From Candidatus Poribacteria bacterium (GTDB lineage Bacteria; Poribacteria; WGA-4E; PCPOR2b): 64,000 nucleotides of DNA. The translations under genes were made by a program, and so were the position numbers. Of this stretch, positions 9,906 to 20,835 are shown one piece after another (positions within the stretch are counted from its first letter, which is position 1; each line of letters starts with the position of its first letter). The DNA lies in assembly GCA_965208675.1 (NCBI GenBank), contig OZ242351.1:864001-928000 (forward strand), in the 5' to 3' direction. The notes under the pieces were generated by a model, which saw only the letters and a program-made list of their open reading frames with translations, was not told the DNA's origin and made no database searches.

Positions 9906-9993
9906 GAAGTCCTGAAATCAACGCGCTTGAATGAGTCCATCTCAAGTTGCAGCGTCAAAACTAAAACCCTTATAGGTAGTTACTGGTGCGGGC

Positions 9994-10022
9994 ATTATAT
10001 CATTCTGGTGATAACGTGTCAA
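9994..10022 (-). promoter_or_regulatory. Perfect-consensus sigma70 promoter for tyrA-cmk-plsC
   Basis: Minus strand TTGACA-17 nt-TATAAT with extended -10 TG. Confidence 0.8.
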
Positions 10023-10271
10023 CCACAAACCTTTTCGTGAAAGAGTTGCGGGCTGCGCAGAACCGTGCGGCTTTAGAGACCGCGGTCACCCGCCCAATGG
10101 AAGTAACCTACAATTTCATGGGATACTCACTGGTGTTGCTGTCAGTGAATATTTGACGGCGCAACACTATTGTCAAATTGTGATAAATTAAGGTCGGTTA
10201 ATACAAGGAGCCTAACTTCAGGTAGGAGGGCGGGGAGGAATAGACTCGAGTGAGAGATTGTACTTCGAGTC

Positions 10272-11333
10272 TTACTCAGGTATTTGGATTTGCAAGCCTT
10301 CTTGAATGCTCTTAATTGCTGCGAGAATGAGCGGATCTGGATAAAGCTGATAAGCTCTTTGGTATGCTTCAAGGGCGGATTCTGGCTCCTGGAGGAAACT
10401 AAGATTAATCGCTCCCATTTTCTGCCATGCATCAACTTGGTTTGCATCGAGTTCGACAATATATTCATATACTTCGAGTGCTTCCCCGTAAAACCGAACA
10501 TCCCCCTCACCCCGCTCAAGACTTTGTGCTTGAACGTAGAGCAAATCAATAAGGTCGTCTTTCGCGTCGGTAAAGTTAGGTTCTTGAGCCACAGCTTCCT
10601 TGAGCAGCTCAACAGCCTTATCCGTTAACTCTCCAATTTCAGAAAGTTCTTCGGCGGACAGGTCGCGGTCGCCATAGGTGTAATCGTGTACGATGCGCCT
10701 ATAGGTCCGTGAAAGTTGCAGGCGAGCGCGCAATCCAAATGGCGCCGATTCAAACGGCAATGGAACTAATTCGGCGTCATTTTCGATAGCCTGTTTGTAG
10801 TAGTGAATGGCTTCCTTGTATTGCTGGGCGCCTTGATATAACAACCCTAAGGTATAGTGTGCTTCGGTATTAGTAGAGTCCTTTTCGAGCACATGAAGCA
10901 ACGCTTCCGTAGCAGCAGCTTTTTCGCCATACCCGTATAGCAACTTGCCACGGAGTAGATGCACGCCAATATGATCCGGTTGCTCCTTTGCTACACGTTC
11001 AAGGTGTGCTTCTGCATCTTCGTTCCAGTTGCTGTGAAAGTAAATCTCGGCGACACGCAAGTGGGCATTCAACAAGCTTTTTTCCAATTGATCCCCTGTG
11101 TCTGACCGCCCTTCCTTTGCATTTTCAATCGAATTTATTGCACCCCAGTAGGCGACCAATGCATTCACTAAATCCTGTTTGGCAAAGTCGGCATCGCCGC
11201 GTTCCATTAACGATTGCGCTTGCGATAAAGGCTGTGGATTTTCCTCGGTGCCAGCTCTTTTTACATGCAGAAACATCAGGACGAAAAATAACGCCAAGAC
11301 CATTGTTTCAAGGTATAGCAACCATTTTTTCAT
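10272..11333 (-). CDS. Membrane-anchored TPR protein
   Basis: N-terminal TM helix and several TPR units (AHYTLGLLY...EAIHYYKQAI). Confidence 0.85.
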   Translation of the reverse strand: MKKWLLYLETMVLALFFVLMFLHVKRAGTEENPQPLSQAQSLMERGDADFAKQDLVNALVAYWGAINSIENAKEGRSDTGDQLEKSLLNAHLRVAEIYFHSNWNEDAEAHLERVAKEQPDHIGVHLLRGKLLYGYGEKAAATEALLHVLEKDSTNTEAHYTLGLLYQGAQQYKEAIHYYKQAIENDAELVPLPFESAPFGLRARLQLSRTYRRIVHDYTYGDRDLSAEELSEIGELTDKAVELLKEAVAQEPNFTDAKDDLIDLLYVQAQSLERGEGDVRFYGEALEVYEYIVELDANQVDAWQKMGAINLSFLQEPESALEAYQRAYQLYPDPLILAAIKSIQEGLQIQIPE

Positions 11334-11396
11334 ACAGATTCCCCATAATCAATACGACGCAATTTAAGGTTCCAGAATTGACGCAGATCATCTCTA

Positions 11397-13250
11397 CTAC
11401 TGAACGTCCGCCACAAGATCCAAGAATTCCTCGGGATTGACAAATTTTTCAATGCGTTTCTGCTTTAATTGATTGCCCTTTGAATCATAAAAAATTACGA
11501 CTGGCAATCCCACAATGCTGTACTTTTCCTTCAGTCGCTCGGCTTCGTCTGAATTTTTAGTGAAGTCTAGCTTGATGTTAACAAATTGCGAAAGTTTCGA
11601 TTGCACGTCGGGATGGGAGAATGTCTTGTGGTCAAGTTCTTTGCAGGCAGCGCACCATATTGCGTAAAAATCGAGCATGGCGGGTTTACCTTCTCTTCGG
11701 GCAATTTCTAAGCCTTTTTCTTCGCTGGCAATCCAATCTAAGTCGCTTTCCACTGCAGTCAGGCCGCCAAATATCATATACAATCCGACAACTGCCAATA
11801 ATATGCCGAAAGCCTTGCGAAACCGCGCCAGACTAGACAGGTCTTTAAACCGTTGCGTAAATCGTCCCAATGATACACCGAGTAGCAGCAACACACCGGC
11901 AATAACGAAAAATCCCCAAGAATATCTTAGAAAAGATCGCAGCGGTTCGATGACATCTTTGAGAAAGTATAATGCTACCGTAACAATCGCGACACCAAAT
12001 ATGTTCTCCAGCACATACATCCAAGTACCGGATCTCGGTAGAATGACTCCGGAAAATGTACCGATTAAGATGAACAGCAATCCCATACCGATGGCATATG
12101 TGAGCATCAGCCAAAATCCGAGAAAAATGTCGCTGGTAGTTGCAATATAAGCAAGCACCGCACCCAATGCGGGGCCCGTGCAGGGTGCAGCGATTATTCC
12201 CGCCACGGTACCCATACCAAATGCGCCGGCAAATCCGACGCCTCCGACGCGATTTAGCTTGTTCTGCACTGCGTATGGAAGGCGAATCTCGTAAACGCCT
12301 AGCATTGCCAAGCCGAGCACAATTAAGATTACGCAAACCGGTATTATGACTCTTGCATCCGCCATCACTTCTCCAAAAACTGCTCCGGTTTGCGCGGCAG
12401 CCATACCGAGGATTGCATACGTCAGAGCAATACCTAACACGTAAGTTACGGATAAAAGAAAAGACCTCAAGCGGTTAGTAGACCCGCCTGCTCCAAATAC
12501 GGAGACTGTAATCGGAATCAGTGGATATACACATGGTGTGAGGCTTGTGAGTATTCCGCCGCCAAACACCAAGAGAAACGCCCAAAAAAGACCTTTCGAC
12601 AACGCTTGCGACAATTTCCCGCTCTCGCTGGTTGCAATCTCCGCGCCGTTCAAATTGTCAAATTTTATTCCAGAAAAAACCTCATCGTTAATGGGTTGGA
12701 TCGACTCGTTCAATCCAACCACCTCAATTGGCACTTCTACCGTGATAGTTTTTGGCAATCGACATGTTTCGTCGCTGCACGCTTGGTATTTCAATTGAAG
12801 AGGCAGTATTTTCTCACCCAGTTGAGCGGTTTCACTCAAGACTGCTTGGATGCCGATTGCTACTTTATCATGGTAGACAGGCACAGGGGCTTCGCCGAGG
12901 GACTCAATTTTCAATAGATCGCCCTGTGGATATACAATTTCTCCGAAGGTCACATCTGGTGTGTTCGGCGGATTAGCTTCTGTCGGAATTAGGTAATCGC
13001 CTCCGGAAGGATTCGCATTTGCGTGCCACCCTTTCGCAAAATCCATCACGAGACCAATGAGGAATATGCTGCCAGGTTGCACCTTATCGACCGACAACAC
13101 ACCATGCACCGTAACAACCTCAGTTGCGCCGCTATTTTTCTGCAGCTGTCCAAGGTTTGATAACTGTGCGTGAGAAATGAGAGGCATGCCGAAGTAAACG
13201 GAGAAATAAAGTAAGCACAGTCCGGTGACGAAAACCCACTTTCTAATCAT
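11397..13250 (-). CDS. dsbD: Protein-disulfide reductase DsbD family
   Basis: N-domain YQACSDETC, TM domain LTPCVYP and AAPCTGP, C-terminal thioredoxin WCAACK. Confidence 0.92.
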   Translation of the reverse strand: MIRKWVFVTGLCLLYFSVYFGMPLISHAQLSNLGQLQKNSGATEVVTVHGVLSVDKVQPGSIFLIGLVMDFAKGWHANANPSGGDYLIPTEANPPNTPDVTFGEIVYPQGDLLKIESLGEAPVPVYHDKVAIGIQAVLSETAQLGEKILPLQLKYQACSDETCRLPKTITVEVPIEVVGLNESIQPINDEVFSGIKFDNLNGAEIATSESGKLSQALSKGLFWAFLLVFGGGILTSLTPCVYPLIPITVSVFGAGGSTNRLRSFLLSVTYVLGIALTYAILGMAAAQTGAVFGEVMADARVIIPVCVILIVLGLAMLGVYEIRLPYAVQNKLNRVGGVGFAGAFGMGTVAGIIAAPCTGPALGAVLAYIATTSDIFLGFWLMLTYAIGMGLLFILIGTFSGVILPRSGTWMYVLENIFGVAIVTVALYFLKDVIEPLRSFLRYSWGFFVIAGVLLLLGVSLGRFTQRFKDLSSLARFRKAFGILLAVVGLYMIFGGLTAVESDLDWIASEEKGLEIARREGKPAMLDFYAIWCAACKELDHKTFSHPDVQSKLSQFVNIKLDFTKNSDEAERLKEKYSIVGLPVVIFYDSKGNQLKQKRIEKFVNPEEFLDLVADVQ

Positions 13251-13407
13251 CGTAAAGGCTCCTTTTGTGAATGAATTATATCACGTATCGGTGAACAAAT
13301 TGCTGCGATGCGAATTACAGCGATTCCCAGCTATGGTATACGCGCAAAATAGCAGGGTTTTAAATACTGGTTTTACTATGAATCCATCAAAATTTGCTAA
13401 TCTGTTT

Positions 13408-13986
13408 CTAATTCTCGTGTCCCATTCTGCCTGCGATCTTTTGTATGGCCGCGGCTTGCAATTCTCCACGATATCTCAATCCGGGTGCCTCGGCGTTCTG
13501 CAGACTCGATAACAGGTGCGTCTTTAACTCCTCAAAGGATGCCCAGCGAGCGTCCGCAATCTCTTTTGTATCCACAGGTTCCAGGTTACCGCCGACTGCT
13601 TGAGCGGTAAACACATGCAAGGTCCAGAGAACTTCCGTGTCTTCATACGAAAATTTAACAAAAACCTTTAGGAGATACTCCCGAAGTTGTATTTTCAATC
13701 CCGTCTCTTCGTATGCTTCCCGGCAAACTCCAGTTTCAAAATCCTCCCCCGGTTCGATACCGCCGCTAGGCGGACGGAATACACCGGGAGGATAGCTCGG
13801 TTTTCGGATAACTGCAATATTATCTCTATTCAAGATAAAAGGTGTTACATCGTGAGCCCGTCCATGCCTCATACTCCATTGAAGCAATTCAATCGAGCGC
13901 TTGTCCATCGTATAAGCGGTGCGAAGGATTTGCGGTACGCCGTACTTCCGTTCGATTTGATACAACACTTTCTTGGTGATATACAT
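13408..13986 (-). CDS. NUDIX hydrolase
   Basis: Nudix box GGIEPGEDFETGVCREAYEETG; likely start MYITK (track start 14013). Confidence 0.88.
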   Translation of the reverse strand: MYITKKVLYQIERKYGVPQILRTAYTMDKRSIELLQWSMRHGRAHDVTPFILNRDNIAVIRKPSYPPGVFRPPSGGIEPGEDFETGVCREAYEETGLKIQLREYLLKVFVKFSYEDTEVLWTLHVFTAQAVGGNLEPVDTKEIADARWASFEELKTHLLSSLQNAEAPGLRYRGELQAAAIQKIAGRMGHEN

Positions 13987-14067
13987 GACGCCGCACTTAT
14001 GCCGGAATCGCAAGCGGTCAACGGCAACGTAGAAAATGAAATGACTAATCTGCGGGGCACCAATTTG

Positions 14068-15396
14068 TTAAATTCCTGAAACAAATCGTCCCGGACAAAA
14101 AAGATTGAGCGGATCAAGCCTTGCTTTAATCTGCTGCATTAATTTTAAGCTGCTGTCGATTTGTCCCCAAACGTCAACTTGACGTTTAATTGACGTTGGA
14201 GCTGATTCGACAATCAGATTACCCCCAACATTTCGGGCGTGATTACGCAAACCAGCAATCACATTTGAAGCCAATTTTGCTGAGGCTGTGTCGGCTGAAG
14301 GCACAGAGAAGGCAACATAAACTACGCCGTTACCGATGAGTCCCAGGACACGCAAGTCCAGCAAATCACTGCATTGATCGAGTGCCGCCGTGATGAAATT
14401 TTCTACGTCGGTCATTCGGAGATGAGCTTTACAGACAACCGCCCGAGGATTAGTTTCGGGAAACGCCGACATAGATGTCCGGACATCTCGCTGATGCGCG
14501 CCATCATTGACTTCCACACCCGTTGGGTCATTTAGGTTCGCGGCGGAACGAATTTGATTTATCTGCCAATCTACAGTTTCGTGGTGGCCGTCTAGTCCAA
14601 TCACAAGGCAGGGTTCGACAAAGTCAACTGATGGGGCGCCCCCGACAATCAAATTTAGAAAGATTGGCAAAAGATGGGAATCCGATATTTCAATAGCTGT
14701 GCGTGAAGCTTGTGCAACGCTCTTGAAGGTTATTAGCATCGTTCGCTCAACTTCTGGCAACGGGTTCAGCTTGAAGGTAATTTCCGTAATGATTCCTAAA
14801 GTACCGAACGATCCTATGTACAACTTGTTGAGATCGTACCCTGCAACATTCTTTACGACCTTTCCGCCGCATTTTACGGCGGTACCGTTCGACTGCACAA
14901 GTTGCATACCAAGCACGCGATTCCGGGAATTGCCATAGTAGAGTGATGATGGACCGCTAGAATTTGCCGCGACAATACCGCCGAGCGTTGCCCGATTAAG
15001 GTAAGGTGGATCGAATGGCAGACACTGCCCGTTTTCCGCTAGTTTAGCCTGAAGGTCGGCAAGCCGAACTCCAGATTGTACTGTGGCGGTTAAATCACCC
15101 GGCTCATATTCGAGCACCTCGTTAAGGCCTAACGTCGAAACAACCAGATCGACGCGCTCAGGGGGATTCCCAATACCCAGCTTCGTACCGCTGCCAGCAG
15201 GAATAACAGAGAGCTTGTTGTCAGCGGCATAATTCAAAACATCTCGAATTTCACCGACGGAAGCGGGCAAAGCAACTGCTTTGGGTAGTAGGTCGTCAAC
15301 ACCATAAAGATTATCTTGATCGTCGTGCAGTATACCGTTTTCGCCAACGAGTTGGCTCAATTCAACGCGCAGCCGGTTATTGACAGGTTCAGTCAT
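14068..15396 (-). CDS. glcE: Glycolate oxidase FAD subunit GlcE-like
   Basis: GGKVVKNVAGYDLNKLYIGSFGTLG and terminal DPLNLFCPGR; downstream of glcD. Confidence 0.8.
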   Translation of the reverse strand: MTEPVNNRLRVELSQLVGENGILHDDQDNLYGVDDLLPKAVALPASVGEIRDVLNYAADNKLSVIPAGSGTKLGIGNPPERVDLVVSTLGLNEVLEYEPGDLTATVQSGVRLADLQAKLAENGQCLPFDPPYLNRATLGGIVAANSSGPSSLYYGNSRNRVLGMQLVQSNGTAVKCGGKVVKNVAGYDLNKLYIGSFGTLGIITEITFKLNPLPEVERTMLITFKSVAQASRTAIEISDSHLLPIFLNLIVGGAPSVDFVEPCLVIGLDGHHETVDWQINQIRSAANLNDPTGVEVNDGAHQRDVRTSMSAFPETNPRAVVCKAHLRMTDVENFITAALDQCSDLLDLRVLGLIGNGVVYVAFSVPSADTASAKLASNVIAGLRNHARNVGGNLIVESAPTSIKRQVDVWGQIDSSLKLMQQIKARLDPLNLFCPGRFVSGI

Positions 15397-15458
15397 CTTG
15401 AGATTAAATATTTGAAAAAGAAGAAATTCCTTCTTCTCTCCGTTCTTTACTTTTCCAA

Positions 15459-16883
15459 TTACACAGATGGGCTTTCAATCCCAAGCTTCACATAGGATTC
15501 CGTGGTTGGGAAAATTTTGCCGGGATTGCACAATTTTGATGGGTTAAAAATGTCTCTGACGGTTGTCATCACTAAGAGATCCTCCGGGCTAAAAATCAGC
15601 GGCATGTAATCCATCTTTTCAACTCCGATGCCATGCTCACCTGTGATTGTGCCTCCGACTTCAGCGCAAGTTGTCAGAATCTCTAAATTCACGGCATCAA
15701 CCCGTTCGCACTGGTCTGGATCCCGCTCATCGAACAGGACGACTGGATGGATATTGCCGTCACCTGCATGAAAAACATTCGCTATAGGAATGCTGTATTT
15801 TTCAGAGATTTCTGCGACGCGGCGGAGCACCTTGGGTAGTTGGGTGCGAGGCACCACGCCATCTTGTGTGATGTAACTTGGCGCAAGCCGACCGAACGAT
15901 CCAAAAGCGCTTTTGCGTGATTTCCAAATGTTTTGACGGTCTGTTTCATCTTTTGCACGATGAATTTCGCGGCAGTTGTGGGAATTGAAGATTTCTATGA
16001 TTTGTTCGGCTTGATGCTGCATACCCGCACTGATACCGTCTAATTCAACGATGAGAACTGCACCGGCATCAAGCGGAAAACCCCAATGGAAGGCTTCCTC
16101 GACCGTTTTGATTACCAAGCTGTCCATCATTTCAAGGGCAGCGGGGATCATCCCTGCACCAATAATTTCGGACACCGCGCTCGATGCATCATTGATGGTT
16201 TCAAATACTCCCAACAATGTTTGATAGGCTTGCGGTATGCGCGTGAGCCGTACAATTGCCTTGGTGACTATTCCAAATGTGCCTTCACAGCCTACCATCA
16301 ATCCGCGGAGATCGTAACCCGGCGTCTCTTCAACATAGCCCCCAAATTCGACAATTTCCCCATCAGGCAACACAACTTCTAGACCGGTTACGTGATCCGT
16401 TGTAACGCCGTACTTCAGAGTGTGAGGCCCACCTGAATTCTCTGCGATGTTTCCACCAATAGTGCAGGCTTTTTGGCTGGATGGATCCGGAGCAAAATAG
16501 TAACCTCGATCTTCAACCGCCTGGGATAGCAGAAGATTAACGACACCCGGTTCAACTACCGCACGTTGATTTTTGACATCAATTTCCAGAATACGGTCCA
16601 TTCGATTTAGAGCGATGATAATGCCGCCGTTGACAGGAAGCATACCCCCACTTAAACCGGTACCGCCCCCCCGTGCAATAAAGGGCACACGGAATTTATT
16701 GGCGAGCTTTACAATCTTCGAGATCTGCTCTGTCGATTCAGCGAACACAACGATATCAGGTGACGCCTTAAACAGTGTTGCTCCGTCGCATTCATAGACT
16801 GAAAGCGCAGTTGAATCAGTGAGCACATTTGCCGCCCCGACAAGATCTGATAATTCAGCAGTTATGCGATTTTTTTCTATCAT
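15459..16883 (-). CDS. glcD: Glycolate oxidase subunit GlcD-like FAD-linked oxidase
   Basis: RGGGTGLSGG, PDPSSQ, GGPHTLKYG, FHAGDGNIHP, GEHGIG. Confidence 0.9.
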   Translation of the reverse strand: MIEKNRITAELSDLVGAANVLTDSTALSVYECDGATLFKASPDIVVFAESTEQISKIVKLANKFRVPFIARGGGTGLSGGMLPVNGGIIIALNRMDRILEIDVKNQRAVVEPGVVNLLLSQAVEDRGYYFAPDPSSQKACTIGGNIAENSGGPHTLKYGVTTDHVTGLEVVLPDGEIVEFGGYVEETPGYDLRGLMVGCEGTFGIVTKAIVRLTRIPQAYQTLLGVFETINDASSAVSEIIGAGMIPAALEMMDSLVIKTVEEAFHWGFPLDAGAVLIVELDGISAGMQHQAEQIIEIFNSHNCREIHRAKDETDRQNIWKSRKSAFGSFGRLAPSYITQDGVVPRTQLPKVLRRVAEISEKYSIPIANVFHAGDGNIHPVVLFDERDPDQCERVDAVNLEILTTCAEVGGTITGEHGIGVEKMDYMPLIFSPEDLLVMTTVRDIFNPSKLCNPGKIFPTTESYVKLGIESPSV

Positions 16884-17108
16884 CTAAGATGCCTCCAAGT
16901 CGTGTCCAAAGTTACCCATTACCGCATTGTTTTGAACACGAATTGTCTTTCAATTGTGTAATTTCGAATTGGAATTCTTAATTTTTGATTTGAAGTGCCC
17001 CGCAACTCAACATTGGACGGAATACAAATTGGTTTCATTTTTGCACGATTGGAACAATTGTAAAATTTTTCGTAAAAAATTTACCATTTGAGTCACATTA
17101 TTGGCTTT

Positions 17109-20100
17109 TCAAACATAGCGATTATATTTTCGCTGTTCCCCGGCGCGAGTAGTACGATTGCTAGGTTTAACGGAATTGCTGCCGAAGAGTTCTTCAATTT
17201 GTGAGATTAGTTTGGGTTGAAATGGAATTCTGTATCGAGTGTCACATTGAGCAATAACCTCGCCGTACTTGGGGCTCATCAGATGCAGGATGAGGTCACA
17301 TTTGCCGCTGTTCTGTGTGCACAAGTTTTTTAAAGCATCAATCTTCTCCGTTCTATCAATGTCTGATTCCGGAATGGTGACTTCAACAGCCGATGTCATT
17401 TTATCGACGACCTGATTGATTGGCTGCACTTCAGAAGCCTGAATTTGACGCACATCCTCTTCCATTTCATCGTCATTTCGCTGGTTTCTCTGTCTTCCAG
17501 AACCGACATTGCCGCGTATCCATACGATATTCCCCGCATCTATAACGGACCTGGCATCTTTGTAAGCTTCCGGAAACACAACGACATCAGTGGCACCTTC
17601 CAAATCTTCGATGACCATAATTGCCATTGGCTCGCCCTTTTTGGTGTCGGTGAGATGCACTGAAGCTATTAAACCTGCCACGTATACTTCTGTGCCGTTG
17701 GAGTGTTCGACAAGGGATTGGCTGGACGCAGTTGTATAATATTTGAGGACATCGTCGTGTGCTTCCAATGGATGCCCGGAGAGATAGAAACCCAGTTGCT
17801 CCTTTTCATTCCTAAGCAGTTCATTATATGACCACTGCGGCACGTCATCAAGCACAATTTGTGAAATCGGCATAACCTGTTCACCCGCGCCAAAAAGGTT
17901 CATCTGCCCTTTTTCACGATCGGCTTGCGTACTTTGCGCCATTTTCATCACTTGCTCCAAGTTTGCAAAGTGTTGGGCTCTGTGTCCTTCAAATGAATCA
18001 AATGCACCTGCCATTATCAGGCTTTCAATAACCCGTTTGCTTACAGACTTTGAATCAACGCGTTCGCAGAAATCCTGGAGCGATGTGAATGAACCATCCT
18101 GATCTCGGGATTCCACTATGGCTTCAATCGCCCCTTCATTGACATTCTTGACCGCAGCTAACCCAAAACGAATGTCCTCACCGTCAACCGTGAAGTCCCA
18201 ACCGCTGCTGTTCACGTCGGGCGGCAGCACGTCCATCTTTATGTTGAGATACTCGGATAATTCTCGGCATTCAGCGATATACTTAACAATCTTATCACTA
18301 GAACCGGATTCGCCGCTCATCATTGACGACATGAATTCGCGGGGATAGTGCGTTTTGAGATACGCCGTCTGATAAGACATAATCGAATAAGCGACTGTGT
18401 GTGCACGGTTAAACGCGTATCGCCCGAACGGTTCAAGGTAGTCGAATATTTCCTCTGCCTTTGCCGCTTTGATTCCATTATTTACAGCGCCGTCAATGAA
18501 TTTTGCGCGTTGCATTTTGACAATATCCATTTTCTTTTTGCTCATTGCATCACAGAGAACGGCGGCTTCGCCAAGCGTAAACCCAGCCATATCCCGAGCA
18601 ATTTGCATCACCTGTTCTTGATAGATGCAAACGCCGTAGGTATTCTTAAGTGCATTTTCCAATGTTGGATGAAGAGATGTCGCCTTTTCAACCTTAAGTT
18701 TTCGGCGGATGTATTGATCCATCATACCGCTGTCAAGGGGGCCGGGCCGGTAAAGCGCAGAAATGGGTATGAAATCCTCAAAGTTGTTGGGTTTAATCTG
18801 CATGATGAGGCGGCGCATTCCCGGTGAGGTTTCCAACTGAAATAGTCCCGCGACAAGGCCGTGGCTAATAAGCTCGTATGTTTTTTCGTCATCGAGTGGA
18901 ATCTCTTCGAGCACAAGTTCAACACCGTGCCGCTCCTTAATCTGCGCGAGACAGTGAAAAACTTCACTCAACGTTCGCAGGCCGAGCAAGTCGAATTTGA
19001 CCATGCCGACATCTTCAAGCATCTTGAGATTGTATTGTGTTGCAATGCGGTCGTTCTTGTCTTTGAAAAGCGGGACATATTCAGTAAGAGGACCGTTTGC
19101 CAAAACAATGCCGCATGCATGGATTGAAACATGCCGCTTCATACCCTCAATCGACCTAGCGACCTTCATCATATCTCGATTGTCCGCGGCATCGGCAAGC
19201 TCCTGCAACCGCGGAACATTTTCCAATGACTCGTTGAGCGTTACCCCAGGAACGGCGGGAATTAATTGCGTCACTCTGCGAACATCCGAGACCGGCATAT
19301 CGAGTGCACGACCGACATCAGTAACAGCCGCTTTTGCAGCAAACGTACTAAATGTTGCAACTTGTCCAACGCACTCAGCCCCGTACTTTTCCGTCAGGTA
19401 ATCAATTACAATTTTGCGGTGTTCATCGCTGAAGTCGACGTCAATATCTGGCAGGCTAACGCGTTCAAGATTAAGGAATCGCTCGAACAAGCAATCGTAT
19501 TCTATGGGGTTGTAGGTTGTCACACCAAGCGCGTACATCGCCAAACTGCCACCTGACGATCCGCGGCCGATGAAGGGAATGTTCTGCTTTCGTGCAAAGC
19601 TGGCATAATCCCAAACAATCAGAAAATAGCCGGCGTAACCTGTTTTTTGGATTACATCCAATTCATTGTCCAGCCGCGTTTTCATCTCTGTCGAGATTTC
19701 ACCGTACTTTTCACAGAGGGCCGTATGGCATAGTTCTGCAAGGTAAGAATCTGCGGTGTAACCGTCGGGAACTTCGTATTTCGGCATAATGTGTTCCCCA
19801 TAGTCGAGTTCAAGCTGGCAGCGCTTAGCAATTTCAAGCGTATTGGTAATCGCTTCGGGTGGAAAATCTTTCAACGCCCCATGCATCTCATCCGTATTCT
19901 TAAAGTAGAATTCATTGCGGAAGCGGAGGCGATTTTCTTCATTCACCGTACGCTTCATCTGGATACACAACAACACATCATGCATCTTATGATCTGATTT
20001 ATCAAGGTAATGGCAATCGTTTGTCCCGACGATTGGCAGACCATGTTCTTGGGCGAGCTGCACCATTACCTCATAGGCGCGTTTCTCCTCGGGAATACCG

Positions 20101-20636
20101 TGATTCTGAACTTCGACATATAAGTTGCCACGCCCCATAACATCCTGAAGCACCCTGAAATTCTTTACCGCTGTTTCGCGTTGGTTTGATGCCAATAGCG
20201 CCGGGACATACCCCTGTATACATCCTGTCAGCGCGATGATGCCTTCACGGTATTCGCGTAAGATTTCCATATCGATTCTCGGCTTTGAATAAAACCCTTC
20301 AAGATAACCGAGCGAAACAAGCTTCATTAGGTTTCGATAGCCTGTGGCATTCTCCGCAAGCAAGGTCAGGTGATAGGGGCTGCCTTGCTCTTTTCCGCGC
20401 TCGTGCCGGCTTTCAGGGGCAACATAGACCTCGCACCCAACAATCGGATTGACGCCTTTATTCTTCGCCTGCTTGTAAAACTCCCACGCACCAAACATGT
20501 TGCCATGGTCCGTTAGTGCAACTGCTGGTGCACTCGTTTGATAAGCCCAATCAATCATGCCCGAGATTCGGCATGCACCATCAAGCAGGCTGTACTCGCT
20601 GTGATTATGTAGATGAACAAACCCTGGATTTGACAT
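17109..20636 (-). CDS. dnaE: DNA polymerase III alpha subunit
   Basis: PHP HLHNHSEYSLLDG, FERFLN-ERVSLPDIDVD, KFDLLGL, YAFNRAH and OB domain. Confidence 0.98.
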   Translation of the reverse strand: MSNPGFVHLHNHSEYSLLDGACRISGMIDWAYQTSAPAVALTDHGNMFGAWEFYKQAKNKGVNPIVGCEVYVAPESRHERGKEQGSPYHLTLLAENATGYRNLMKLVSLGYLEGFYSKPRIDMEILREYREGIIALTGCIQGYVPALLASNQRETAVKNFRVLQDVMGRGNLYVEVQNHGIPEEKRAYEVMVQLAQEHGLPIVGTNDCHYLDKSDHKMHDVLLCIQMKRTVNEENRLRFRNEFYFKNTDEMHGALKDFPPEAITNTLEIAKRCQLELDYGEHIMPKYEVPDGYTADSYLAELCHTALCEKYGEISTEMKTRLDNELDVIQKTGYAGYFLIVWDYASFARKQNIPFIGRGSSGGSLAMYALGVTTYNPIEYDCLFERFLNLERVSLPDIDVDFSDEHRKIVIDYLTEKYGAECVGQVATFSTFAAKAAVTDVGRALDMPVSDVRRVTQLIPAVPGVTLNESLENVPRLQELADAADNRDMMKVARSIEGMKRHVSIHACGIVLANGPLTEYVPLFKDKNDRIATQYNLKMLEDVGMVKFDLLGLRTLSEVFHCLAQIKERHGVELVLEEIPLDDEKTYELISHGLVAGLFQLETSPGMRRLIMQIKPNNFEDFIPISALYRPGPLDSGMMDQYIRRKLKVEKATSLHPTLENALKNTYGVCIYQEQVMQIARDMAGFTLGEAAVLCDAMSKKKMDIVKMQRAKFIDGAVNNGIKAAKAEEIFDYLEPFGRYAFNRAHTVAYSIMSYQTAYLKTHYPREFMSSMMSGESGSSDKIVKYIAECRELSEYLNIKMDVLPPDVNSSGWDFTVDGEDIRFGLAAVKNVNEGAIEAIVESRDQDGSFTSLQDFCERVDSKSVSKRVIESLIMAGAFDSFEGHRAQHFANLEQVMKMAQSTQADREKGQMNLFGAGEQVMPISQIVLDDVPQWSYNELLRNEKEQLGFYLSGHPLEAHDDVLKYYTTASSQSLVEHSNGTEVYVAGLIASVHLTDTKKGEPMAIMVIEDLEGATDVVVFPEAYKDARSVIDAGNIVWIRGNVGSGRQRNQRNDDEMEEDVRQIQASEVQPINQVVDKMTSAVEVTIPESDIDRTEKIDALKNLCTQNSGKCDLILHLMSPKYGEVIAQCDTRYRIPFQPKLISQIEELFGSNSVKPSNRTTRAGEQRKYNRYV

Positions 20637-20835
20637 TTCTCACCGTTTGCTATTGGAGTTTGACGTTCGCCGTGTTTGGAAGGAACCAAATGTAAGTGCC
20701 GCAGGTACTAAATTTAACAGGTGTATTTGTTGACTGTTTTGCAACTTTTGAGAAACGAATGAAGTCGTATTCCTTTTTATCGCCCTATCCGCCTTGCATT
20801 TTCGCCGTCTACTTGTTTGGACGGATGGAAATCTA

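Noticed and set aside
10048-10093. Minus-strand stem GCGGT-CTCTAAA-GCCGC resembling a tRNA-Pyl/amber anticodon arm
   Set aside because: It is the tip of one long hairpin, with no D-arm, T-arm or acceptor stem/CCA. More likely a terminator or stability structure, like the neighbouring hairpin at 10133-10167.
17109-20636. Intein in dnaE
   Set aside because: The length of 1175 aa is normal and I see no intein terminal motifs or insertion.
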